This document shows, in pieces, positions 1-11,040 of a stretch of DNA of 64,000 bases. The stretch is from NCBI GenBank assembly GCA_963745405.1, contig CAVUWY010000003.1, positions 132,839 to 196,838 on the forward strand, in the 5' to 3' direction. Origin of the DNA: an uncultured Chloroflexia bacterium (GTDB lineage Bacteria; Chloroflexota; Limnocylindria; Limnocylindrales; CSP1-4). The notes beneath the pieces were generated by a model that was given only the letters and a program-made list of their open reading frames with translations, did not search any database and was not told the DNA's origin. Each line of letters opens with the position of its first letter. The first letter of the stretch is position 1. The translations under genes were made by a program, and so were the position numbers.

Positions 1-556
1 GCTGGCCGCGACCACCCGCGGGCAGGTCGAGCGGCTGATCGCCCAGATGGAAGCCGAGATGAAGAGCGCCGCCAAGCAGCTCGAGTTCGAGCGGGCGGCC
101 GCTCTCCGCGACGAGATCCACGAGATCCGCTCGCGCGTCCTGGACGAGGACGCGGCCACCCAGATCGCCCGGGCGGCCGAGGGTGCCGCCCGACGCAGCG
201 AGAGCGCCGCCGCCGAGGCTGCGTCGCTGGCGCCGACCCAGCGGCGGAAGCCGGCCTCGAAGGGTGGTCGGGACGGGTCGGGTGCGTCCTCCGAGAGCCC
301 GCTCGAGGTCACCTCGGTCGCGGTCCTGCCGGCCGCCGAAGAGCCCGCCGCGACCCTCGACCCGGCGAGCGCCGCCGAGGAGCTCGACGAGGCGGGGGAC
401 GGGACCGCGTCGGATTGGCTGCCGGGCATCCGCGATGAGCACGACGACGATGGCGGCTGGCAGGCCCGCTGGCTCGATCGGCCGACCTGGGATCGGACGG
501 TCACCCCGAACGTCATCCGCCGGACCGGCACTCGGGCACCGCGGCGCCGTCGCTGA
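1..556 (+). CDS. uvrB: Excinuclease ABC subunit B, C-terminal end (5'-partial, reading frame starts at nt 2) with a long non-canonical tail
   Basis: The translation contains the UvrB UVR domain, 'LIAQMEAEMKSAAKQLEFERAAALRDEIHEIRSRV'. About 135 further residues follow before the stop at 556. Confidence 0.85.
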   Translation, partial: LAATTRGQVERLIAQMEAEMKSAAKQLEFERAAALRDEIHEIRSRVLDEDAATQIARAAEGAARRSESAAAEAASLAPTQRRKPASKGGRDGSGASSESPLEVTSVAVLPAAEEPAATLDPASAAEELDEAGDGTASDWLPGIRDEHDDDGGWQARWLDRPTWDRTVTPNVIRRTGTRAPRRRR

Positions 557-586
557 GGACCGCGTCCGTCGCCGGGCGAGCGCCGG

Positions 587-1867
587 TCAGGCGATCCCGG
601 CGGGGAAGAAGCGGGGCAGCTCGGCCCGGTTGGCCGCCAGGAGCTCGGCGAGGAGGGGCTCGGCCGTCCGCAGGTCGCGGACGAGCGGATTGGCGAGGAG
701 CGCGGTGAGGGCCGTGGCCCGGTCGCCATCGCGGGCCGCGGCGATCGTCAGCTCCTCGAACGCCTTCACCTGCTGGACGAGCCCGCGGACGCTCGGCGCC
801 AGCGGCGCGAGCTCGACCGGATGGGCGCCGTCGCGGTCGATCCGGGCCGGGATCTCGACGACCGCGGAGGCCGGCAGGTCGGCCAGGGCGCCGTCGTTCC
901 GTACGTCGACGATCTGGATGTCGCCGGTCCCGGCGTGGAGCGACGCCATGAGCTGGGCCGCCGCCTCGCTGTAGAACGCGCCGCCGCGGCGCTCGAGCAG
1001 GGCCGGCTTCTCGTCGAGGGTCGGGTCGCGGTACAGCTCGAGGAGGTCCTTCTCGATGGCCATGACCTCCTCCGCCCGGGTGTGTCCGCCGCGCTGCTCG
1101 GCGACGATCTCCGAGGCGAGGTAGTAGTAGCGAAGGTAGTAGGACGGGAGCGCGCCGAGGGCCCGGACGAGCTCGACCGGGAGCCCCACCTCCTCGGCCA
1201 GCTCCTCGGCCTCCGAGGCGAACAGGTCGGGCAGGCGGTCGACCCCGTCGACGCGGATCGCCCGCAGCCAGGACAGGTGGTTGAGGCCGACGTGCTCGAG
1301 TTCGATCTGCGAGGGGTCGACGCCGAACCGCTCGGCGAATCGCCGCTGGAAGCCGATCGCCACGTTGCACAGCCCGATCGCCCGGTGACCCTCGTCGAGG
1401 AGGGCCTGGGTGACGATGCCGACGGGATTCGTGAAATCGACGAGCCAGGCGTCCTTCGCGGCACGCCGAGCGGCGGCCTCGGCGAGCTCGAGGACGACCG
1501 GGACCGTCCGCAGCGCCTTCGTGAAGCCGCCCGGGCCGGTCGTCTCCTGGCCGACGCAGCCGAACCGCGGCGGGATCGTCTCGTCGCGGAGGCGGGCCGC
1601 CTGGCCGCCGACCCGGAGCTGGATGACGACGAAGTCGGCGCCGTCGAGGGCGGCATCCCGATCCGTCGTCGCGACGAGCCGGCCGCGCCAGCCGCGTCGG
1701 TCGAGCATCCGGCGGGCGAAGTCGCCGACGACGCCGAGGCGCTCGGGTTCGATGTCGAGGAGGACGAGCTCGTCGACGGGGAGGCGCGCCTCGCGGGTGG
1801 CGAGGCCGTCGATGAGCTCGGGCGTGTAGGTGCTGCCACCGCCGACGACGGCGATCTTCACGCCCAT
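587..1867 (-). CDS. Family 4 glycoside hydrolase (6-phospho-beta-glucosidase / chitobiose-6-P hydrolase-like)
   Basis: The N-terminus 'MGVKIAVVGGGSTYTPELIDGL' is a Rossmann NAD site, and the 426-aa length is typical of GH4 CelF/ChbF. GGAGGG lies 6 nt upstream of the ATG. Confidence 0.85.
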   Translation of the reverse strand: MGVKIAVVGGGSTYTPELIDGLATREARLPVDELVLLDIEPERLGVVGDFARRMLDRRGWRGRLVATTDRDAALDGADFVVIQLRVGGQAARLRDETIPPRFGCVGQETTGPGGFTKALRTVPVVLELAEAAARRAAKDAWLVDFTNPVGIVTQALLDEGHRAIGLCNVAIGFQRRFAERFGVDPSQIELEHVGLNHLSWLRAIRVDGVDRLPDLFASEAEELAEEVGLPVELVRALGALPSYYLRYYYLASEIVAEQRGGHTRAEEVMAIEKDLLELYRDPTLDEKPALLERRGGAFYSEAAAQLMASLHAGTGDIQIVDVRNDGALADLPASAVVEIPARIDRDGAHPVELAPLAPSVRGLVQQVKAFEELTIAAARDGDRATALTALLANPLVRDLRTAEPLLAELLAANRAELPRFFPAGIA

Positions 1868-1886
1868 CCACGACCCTCCGCTGTCA

Positions 1887-1909
1887 TTGCTTATATCTAT
1901 AGTAGCAAG
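1887..1909. promoter_or_regulatory. AT-rich imperfect palindrome in the divergent GH4 / deacetylase intergenic region (candidate operator plus -10 elements)
   Basis: 'TTGCTTATATCTATAGTAGCAAG' has TTGCT..AGCAA arms. It is the most AT-rich spot in the window and contains the TANNNT-like hexamer TATAGT. Confidence 0.3.
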
Positions 1910-1978
1910 CAGTCACGGGCGTTCGACGACTGCGCACCGGGCGATCGGCGTGACATCATCGAGGCGAGGGAGGTGACG

Positions 1979-2605
1979 ATGCGGGTCGCGCTCACATTCG
2001 ACGCCGAGCATCCCGACCGTGAGTATCGGATCGACGTCCATGACGGGATGCTGGCCGTCCTCGCGGGCCGAGACGTCCATGCGACCTTCTTCCTCCAGGG
2101 CCGCTGGGTCGAGGCGAACCCCGAGGCCGCTCGCCGGGTCGTCGCCGACGGCCACCTGGTGGGCAGCCACTCCTTCTATCACGCCCGCCTGCCGCTCCTG
2201 TCGGACGAGGGCCTCGTGACGGATGTGTCCGACGCGGAGCGGGCGATACGCGACGTCGTGGGGATCGATCCTCGGCCGTGGTTCCGCTGTCCGTTCCTCG
2301 CCGGCGAAGACGATCCCCGGGTGATCGGCGCCCTGACCGGTCTCGGCTATCGGATCGTCCCCGTCGACGTCATGCTCGATGACTGGGAGTCGGCGAGGAC
2401 CGGGGAGAGCATCGCCGCCGACGCGGTCGCCGAGGTCGGCCGACTGGCCGACGAGGGAGCGGCCGAGGCGATCGTCCTCCTCCATACCTGGCCGCCTCAG
2501 GCGCTCGACGCGCTGCCCGGCATGATCGACGGCATGCGCGATCGCGGGGCCACGTTCATCGATGTCGGCGAGCTGCCGCCGTCGCGCTGGATCGTGAGCG
2601 CATGA
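1979..2605 (+). CDS. Polysaccharide deacetylase (CE4 / NodB-homology) family protein
   Basis: 'VALTFDAEH...VHATFFLQGRWVE...GHLVGSHSFYH' matches the NodB-domain motifs (TFDD-like and HSxxH). The start is an ATG inside the longer ORF 821..2605. Confidence 0.75.
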   Translation: MRVALTFDAEHPDREYRIDVHDGMLAVLAGRDVHATFFLQGRWVEANPEAARRVVADGHLVGSHSFYHARLPLLSDEGLVTDVSDAERAIRDVVGIDPRPWFRCPFLAGEDDPRVIGALTGLGYRIVPVDVMLDDWESARTGESIAADAVAEVGRLADEGAAEAIVLLHTWPPQALDALPGMIDGMRDRGATFIDVGELPPSRWIVSA

Positions 2606-2615
2606 GGGGACGATC

Positions 2616-3722
2616 GTGACGACGATCCCGGCCGTCCTTGCCGTCGACGTCGGGAACTCGAAGACCGACCTCGCTCTCGTCGGGGCCGACGGCGGGGTCC
2701 TCGGCGCGGTCCGCGGCCCGAGCGCGTCGCACCAGGCGGTCGGCCTCGAGCGGGCCATCCTCACCCTCGCCCGCCTGGCCCACGTGGCGGCCGCCGCGGC
2801 CGGGCTCCAGGCCCATGTCCCGTACGCCGGCATCGGGGCGATGTGCATGGCCGGACTCGACACCCACGAGGACCAGCGACGGGTCGCCGATGCCCTCCAG
2901 GACGCCGGCCTCGCCGACGAGCTGCTCCTACGCAACGACGTCTTCGCCGTCCTCCGGGCCGGCTCACGGCTCGGTTGGGGCGTGGCGGTGGTCGCCGGCG
3001 CCGGGATGAACGCGATCGGCGTCGGGCCCACCGGCCGGATCGCCCGTTTCGCCGGCCTCGGCGGCATCTCCGGGGACTGGGAGGGGATCGCCCAGGGAGG
3101 CCTGGCCGCCGCCGTGCGGGGCCGCGACGGCCGCGGTCCGCGGACGGTCCTCGAACAGACCGTGCCGGCCCACTTCGGCCTCGGACGGCCGGCCGACGTG
3201 ACGGTCCAGCTCTACGACGGCCGCCTGTCGGAGGATCGCCTCCGCGAGCTCGCCCCGGTCGTCTTCGCCGCGGCCCGGGACGGCGACGAGGTCGCGATCG
3301 AGCTGGTCGAGCACCTCGCCGACGAGATCGCGGCCTTCGCCAACGCGGCCATCCGACGGACGTCGACGACCCGCTACGACGTCGAGGTCGTCCTCGCCGG
3401 CGGCCTCACCCGGGCCCGCTACCCACGGCTCCTGACCGGCGTCGAGGCACGCGTCCGGGAGGTGGCGCCGCGGGCCCGGATCGTCGTCCTCGACCGTCCT
3501 CCGGTCGTCGGGGCCGCGCTCATCGGCCTTGACCGCCATGCGCCGAGCGGCCGGCCGTCGGTCGTGGTGGAGGAACGCCTCCGCGCCGAGCTGACCGACG
3601 AGCGACTGGGCCACAGGATCTCGATCTCGCGGGCCGCGACCCGGGTCGACCGCGGCGACGACCGTCGCCACGGCGAGCAGGACCGTCGCCAGGGTGAGCA
3701 GGACCGTCGCCACGACGATTAG
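2616..3722 (+). CDS. BadF/BadG/BcrA/BcrD-type ATPase (N-acetylglucosamine kinase-like)
   Basis: 'VLAVDVGNSKTDLALVGADGGVLG' is an ASKHA phosphate-1 motif, and 'VVAGAGMNAIG' is also present. The C-terminal ~60 aa are atypical and repeat-encoded. Confidence 0.7.
   Translation: MTTIPAVLAVDVGNSKTDLALVGADGGVLGAVRGPSASHQAVGLERAILTLARLAHVAAAAAGLQAHVPYAGIGAMCMAGLDTHEDQRRVADALQDAGLADELLLRNDVFAVLRAGSRLGWGVAVVAGAGMNAIGVGPTGRIARFAGLGGISGDWEGIAQGGLAAAVRGRDGRGPRTVLEQTVPAHFGLGRPADVTVQLYDGRLSEDRLRELAPVVFAAARDGDEVAIELVEHLADEIAAFANAAIRRTSTTRYDVEVVLAGGLTRARYPRLLTGVEARVREVAPRARIVVLDRPPVVGAALIGLDRHAPSGRPSVVVEERLRAELTDERLGHRISISRAATRVDRGDDRRHGEQDRRQGEQDRRHDD
3660..3719. repeat. 21-bp tandem repeat, about 2.8 copies (GACCGTCGCCAnGGnGAGCAG)
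   Basis: Read directly: gaccgtcgccacggcgagcag / gaccgtcgccagggtgagcag / gaccgtcgccacgacgat. Confidence 0.8.
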
Positions 3723-3735
3723 AACGGGTGTACTA
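3720..3735. promoter_or_regulatory. Candidate LexA (Cheo-type) SOS box upstream of uvrA
   Basis: 'TAGAACGGGTGTACTA' compares with the Gram-positive/actinobacterial consensus TCGAAC-N4-GTTCGA at 9 of 12 half-site positions. It is an imperfect palindrome sitting 29 nt before the uvrA start. Confidence 0.3.
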
Positions 3736-3751
3736 AACAGGCGCGATGTCG

Positions 3752-3757
3752 TAGACT
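3752..3757 (+). promoter_or_regulatory. Candidate -10 hexamer (TAGACT) positioned for a leaderless uvrA transcript
   Basis: This TANNNT hexamer ends 6 nt before the GTG at 3764. No Shine-Dalgarno sequence lies between them. Confidence 0.35.
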
Positions 3758-3763
3758 GAGAAC

Positions 3764-6832
<3,069 letters not shown>

Positions 6833-6852
6833 CCGCCGGACCGGAGCACCAC

Positions 6853-7176
6853 GTGTCGGATGTCGGTCCGCGGGCTCGCCATGAGCTGCCCGCGATCGAT
6901 GAACTGGCCCTGGCGGCGGCTCGAGCGGGCGATCATCTCCTGGCCTCCGCCGCGACGGTGGGTGCCGAGCGCTGGAGTCGCGAGCTCGGCTTCGTCCCGG
7001 ACGCGCTCCGGGATGGAGACCTGGCCGACGTCCGGCGGGCTGCGGTCAGGGCACGGTCCGCGTATGGGCCGAAGGACTCCATCCGCGACGCGCTGCCGCC
7101 GGACGTGACCGAACCGTTCCTCGTCGAGATCGATCGACTCCTGCGCCAGATCGCCCGGCACGACCGCTCTCGCTGA
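6853..7176 (+). CDS. Hypothetical protein
   Basis: GTG-initiated ORF just after the uvrA stop. Its composition looks coding ('ELPAIDELALAAARAGDHLL...FLVEIDRLLRQIARH'). I recognise no family. Confidence 0.35.
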   Translation: MSDVGPRARHELPAIDELALAAARAGDHLLASAATVGAERWSRELGFVPDALRDGDLADVRRAAVRARSAYGPKDSIRDALPPDVTEPFLVEIDRLLRQIARHDRSR

Positions 7177-7353
7177 CCGACGCTTCGGCTGGACACCGGC
7201 GTCGGTCCTCCACATCGTCCCGCAGACCTAACGGCCTCGAAGCCGCCGCTCAGGTCGACTCGCTGAACGCGATCGCCGATCTCGGCTGGATCCCCGGGGC
7301 ACTATCGGCCGGCCCGAGGAGGTCGAGGAGGCCTAGCCGGGAGGCTGGTCTCC

Positions 7354-9015
7354 TCACGGAGGAGTCGCCGGTCCGGCTGCCAGCTCGTCGGCCGTGAAGG
7401 CTTCGCGTAGGAAGTCGGACGGGGCGGCCGGGTCGTAGCTGATGGTCAGGGAGCGCCGGGCACGGGTCCAGGCGACATAGGCGAGTCGCCGCTCCTCCTC
7501 GAGCTGCCGGGCGGGGTCGGCGGCCTCGGCGACCGAGCGGGCGCTGGGGAACCGGCCGACATCCATCCCGATGACCGCCACGTGGTCGAACTCGAGCCCC
7601 TTGGTCGAGTGGACCGTGGCGAGCGTCAGGCGGGCCTCCTCGCGCCGGAGTGCCTGCAGGCGTTCGCGAGCGGCCACGACCGCCGACCGGAACGCGTCGA
7701 GGTCGTGGAATGGTGCCGCCCAGCCGAGGACCGCGGCGACGAGCGCGCGCGAGGGGGCGATGGTGCCGGGTCGCTGGTTCGTCCCGGCTGCGGCGACCCG
7801 GACGAGGAGCGGCAGTCGATCGTCGGTCGTGGAGACCGCAGCGAGGAGCGCGTCGAGGTCGGGATCCTCCAGCGGCGACTCGAGCCGTTCCGCCCGGAAC
7901 GGGAGTCCACGCTCCAGCGCGACGACGAGTGCCGGCAACAGCTCCCGGTTCGTCCGGGCGAGCACGGCGAGGGTGGAGCCGTCGTCGGGCCAGCCGGCGG
8001 CGATCGTCCGGACCCGGTCGACGTCGTCACGCTCGTCGGCGGCGAGGACGAGGCGCCCGGTCGCGCCGCTCCGTGCCCGGATCCGCTTGGCGAATCGCTC
8101 CTGGTTGACCGCGACGAGCCGGACGGCCCGCTCGACCACCGGCCCCGGGCAGCGGTAGTTCGTCTCGAGGTCGACCCGCCGCAGGCCCGGCAGCAGGCCG
8201 TCGAGGTCGAGGATCCGCCGGACATCGGCCAGCCGCCAGCCGTAGATCGACTGGTCGTCGTCGCCGACGAGGAAGATCCGATTCTCCGGCGCTGCCAGGA
8301 GGAGCGCCAATCGGAGCTGACTCCGATCGACGTCCTGGGCCTCGTCGACGAGGAGGTGGCGGCACCGCTCCCGCCACCGGGAGAGCACGGCGGGCTCGCA
8401 CTCGAGCGCGGTGAGTGCCCGGGCGACGAGGTCGTCGAAGTCGAGCGCCCCGTCGGCCGCGAGGACGCCGGAGTACGCGACGAAGGCCCGGCCGACGGGT
8501 CCGGCGTCGGGGTCGGCGGCGACCGTGGCGGGCTCGACCCGCAGATCGAGCTTGAACCGGGAAAAGGCATCGTCGAGGACACGGAGTCGGGCCGGTGACG
8601 CCGCAGGGAGGAGGCGGGCGAGGACCTCGGTCCGGTCGACGAGGCGTTCGACCGGGACGCCAGCGTCGGCGAGGATCTCTCGGCCGAGGGCGTGGAAGGT
8701 GCGGACCCGGACCTCGACGTCGTCACCGACCGCCGGCCGGACCCGGGCCTCCAGTTCCCCGGCCGCTCGCCGGTTGAACGTGATCGCCGTGATCGCGGAC
8801 GGGTCGACGCCCTCGTCGATGAGCCAGGCGATCCGGGCGACCAGGGTCGTCGTCTTGCCACTGCCGGCCGGGGCGACGCAGAGCACCGGCCCGGGCGGGG
8901 CGGTCGCGGCCGCCCGCTGGTCGGGCGCGAGGGCGGCCAGGCGCGCCTCGAGGGAATGTCCGTCTTCGCCCACCGCCGCATGGTCGCGACCGCCACTCAC
9001 CCACGACTCACCCAC
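7354..9015 (-). CDS. UvrD/Rep/PcrA-family ATP-dependent DNA helicase (short, 553 aa; start uncertain)
   Basis: Walker A 'CVAPAGSGKTTT', motif II 'LLVDEAQDV', and 'TVHSTKGLEFDHV' are present. The N-terminus overlaps short tandem repeats, and an alternative in-frame GTG lies downstream. Confidence 0.85.
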   Translation of the reverse strand: MGESWVSGGRDHAAVGEDGHSLEARLAALAPDQRAAATAPPGPVLCVAPAGSGKTTTLVARIAWLIDEGVDPSAITAITFNRRAAGELEARVRPAVGDDVEVRVRTFHALGREILADAGVPVERLVDRTEVLARLLPAASPARLRVLDDAFSRFKLDLRVEPATVAADPDAGPVGRAFVAYSGVLAADGALDFDDLVARALTALECEPAVLSRWRERCRHLLVDEAQDVDRSQLRLALLLAAPENRIFLVGDDDQSIYGWRLADVRRILDLDGLLPGLRRVDLETNYRCPGPVVERAVRLVAVNQERFAKRIRARSGATGRLVLAADERDDVDRVRTIAAGWPDDGSTLAVLARTNRELLPALVVALERGLPFRAERLESPLEDPDLDALLAAVSTTDDRLPLLVRVAAAGTNQRPGTIAPSRALVAAVLGWAAPFHDLDAFRSAVVAARERLQALRREEARLTLATVHSTKGLEFDHVAVIGMDVGRFPSARSVAEAADPARQLEEERRLAYVAWTRARRSLTISYDPAAPSDFLREAFTADELAAGPATPP

Positions 9016-9077
9016 GACTCACGCGCGACTCCCCGCGACTGGACGACGCCTCACCGCCCGGCGCCTCACCGCCCGGC
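8997..9077. repeat. Cluster of short tandem repeats: 11-mers of the form TCACnnnCGAC and a perfect 15-bp duplication
   Basis: tcacccacgac x2, then tcacgcgcgac and tccccgcgac (8997-9039). gcctcaccgcccggc is duplicated in tandem at 9048-9062 and 9063-9077. Confidence 0.7.
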
Positions 9078-9114
9078 GCGGCCGAACCTGACGGGCATCG
9101 AACGCCATCGCTGC

Positions 9115-9120
9115 TAGCAT
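9115..9120 (+). promoter_or_regulatory. Candidate -10 hexamer (TAGCAT) positioned for a leaderless uvrC transcript
   Basis: This TANNNT hexamer ends 6 nt before the GTG at 9127, the same geometry as at uvrA. Confidence 0.35.
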
Positions 9121-9126
9121 CGGGCG

Positions 9127-10980
9127 GTGACCCCGGAGCTCGCGGCGACCCTCAAGAACCTGCCCGACCGACCCGGCGTCTATCTCATGCGCGACGGTCG
9201 CGGCGACGTCATCTACGTCGGCAAGGCCCAGAGCCTCCGCAACCGCGTCCGCAGCTACTGGCAGAAGGGCGGCCCCGTCGCGGGGGAGGGGCATCGGATC
9301 CGGAGCGTCATCGACCGGGTCGCCGACGTCGAGTACACCCTGACCGACTCCGATTCCGAGGCGTTCCTCCTCGAGGCGAACCTCATCAAGCGGTATCGGC
9401 CGCGGTTCAACGTCCGGCTCAAGGACGACAAGAGCTACCCGTACATCAAGATCACCCTGGCCGACGACTTCCCCCGCATCGAACGGACCCGGAAGCTGCC
9501 GGCCGACGGCAGCCGCTACTTCGGGCCGTACGCGTCGGCGACCTCGGTCGACGAGTCGATGAACCTCGTCCGCCGCCTCTTCCCGTTCCGGACCTGCACG
9601 ATCGACATCCGGGATGGCGAGCGGGCGCTGCAGCGGCCCTGCCTCCTCTATCACATCAAGCGCTGCCAGGGCCCCTGTATCCAGGCCGTCTCGAAGGAGG
9701 CCTACCGGGCCGACATCGCCCAGGTCGAGCTCTTCCTGGAGGGTCGCCAGGAGACACTCGTCAAAGCGCTCCGGGCCGACATGGCCGCGGCGTCCGAGCG
9801 CCAGGAATACGAGCGGGCGGCCGCCGACCGCGACAAGATCCGCTCCATCGAGCGGACGATGGAGAGCCAGAAGATGGCCGCCTTCGCCCGGACCGAACTC
9901 GATGTCGTGGGCCTCGCCCGGCAGGACAACCAGGCGGCCGTCCAGCTGTTCGCGATGCGCGGCGGCAAGCTCATCGGACGCGACGTCTTCCTCCTCGACG
10001 CCGTCCGCGAGGCGCCCGACGACGAGGTCCTGGCGAGCTTCATCGAGCAGTTCTATGCGCGGGCGACCTCGCTGCCGCCGCAGGTCCTCGTGCCGCGCGA
10101 GCTTCCCGACACCGTGGCCATCGAGGCCTTCCTCGCGGAGCGTCGGGGCGGGCCCGTCCATCTCCACGTCCCGCGGCGCGGCGAGAAGCGCAAGCTCCTC
10201 GAACTGGCCGAGCGGAACGCGACCGAGACGCTCGCCCGCGAGCAGGCCCGCTGGATGGCGGACCAGGGCCGCACCCTCGGCGCCCTCGAGGAGCTGGCGG
10301 CGGCCCTCGACCTGCCGGGGCCGCCGATGCGGATCGAGTGCTACGACATCAGCAACTTCCAGGGGGCCCAGTCGGTCGGCAGCATGGTCGTGTTCGAGGA
10401 GGGCCGCCCCCGGACCGGCGAGTACCGCCGTTTCCGCATCAGGACGGTGGAGGGACCCAACGACTTCGCCAGCCACCAGGAAGTGCTGCGGCGACGCTTC
10501 CGCCGGGCGCGGAACGGGGACGAAGGCGCCGAGGAGGAGTTCCGCTGGCGCGCCCCGGACCTCGTGATCATCGACGGCGGAAAGGGCCAGGTCGCCGCCG
10601 CGAAGGAGGTCCTCGACGAGCTCGGGCTCCACGATCTGCCCCTCGCCGGACTGGCCAAGGAACGCGAGGAGCTGTTCCTGCCGGGCGCGACGGAGCCGAT
10701 CCTCCTGCCGCCGACGTCACCGGCCCTCTACCTCGTCCAGCGCCTGCGCGACGAGGCCCATCGGTTCGCCATCACCTATCACCGCGACCTCCGGGCGAAG
10801 GCCTCCGTCCACTCGGCCTTCGACGATCTGCCCGGAGTCGGCCCGAAACGACGCCGGGCGCTCCTCCGCGTCTTCGGCTCGACGAAGCGCGTGCGAGACG
10901 CCCCGGTCGAGCAGATCGCGGCCGTCCCGGGCATCGGTCCCAAGCTCGCCGCGACGATCAAGGCCACCCTCGAGAGCTGA
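9127..10980 (+). CDS. uvrC: Excinuclease ABC subunit C
   Basis: GIY-YIG N-terminus 'PGVYLMRDGRGDVIYVGKAQSLRNRVRSY', a UVR domain, an Endo V-like domain and a C-terminal (HhH)2 'LDDLPGVGPKRRRALL'. Confidence 0.95.
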   Translation: MTPELAATLKNLPDRPGVYLMRDGRGDVIYVGKAQSLRNRVRSYWQKGGPVAGEGHRIRSVIDRVADVEYTLTDSDSEAFLLEANLIKRYRPRFNVRLKDDKSYPYIKITLADDFPRIERTRKLPADGSRYFGPYASATSVDESMNLVRRLFPFRTCTIDIRDGERALQRPCLLYHIKRCQGPCIQAVSKEAYRADIAQVELFLEGRQETLVKALRADMAAASERQEYERAAADRDKIRSIERTMESQKMAAFARTELDVVGLARQDNQAAVQLFAMRGGKLIGRDVFLLDAVREAPDDEVLASFIEQFYARATSLPPQVLVPRELPDTVAIEAFLAERRGGPVHLHVPRRGEKRKLLELAERNATETLAREQARWMADQGRTLGALEELAAALDLPGPPMRIECYDISNFQGAQSVGSMVVFEEGRPRTGEYRRFRIRTVEGPNDFASHQEVLRRRFRRARNGDEGAEEEFRWRAPDLVIIDGGKGQVAAAKEVLDELGLHDLPLAGLAKEREELFLPGATEPILLPPTSPALYLVQRLRDEAHRFAITYHRDLRAKASVHSAFDDLPGVGPKRRRALLRVFGSTKRVRDAPVEQIAAVPGIGPKLAATIKATLES

Positions 10981-11027
10981 GCCAGGCCGGCCGACGGGCC
11001 CCGCCGGGGCTCCGCAGAATCTCCTGC

Positions 11028-11033
11028 TATAGT
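11028..11033 (+). promoter_or_regulatory. Candidate -10 hexamer (TATAGT) positioned for a leaderless secD transcript
   Basis: TATAGT ends 7 nt before the ATG at 11041, with no Shine-Dalgarno sequence. Confidence 0.35.
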
Positions 11034-11040
11034 CCGCCGG

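Noticed and set aside
3660-3719. Short tandem repeats (also 8997-9077 and 53569-53652), considered as a possible CRISPR array.
   Set aside because: The units are 10-34 bp and either directly abutting or only two copies. There are no unique spacers of CRISPR size and no cas genes in the window.
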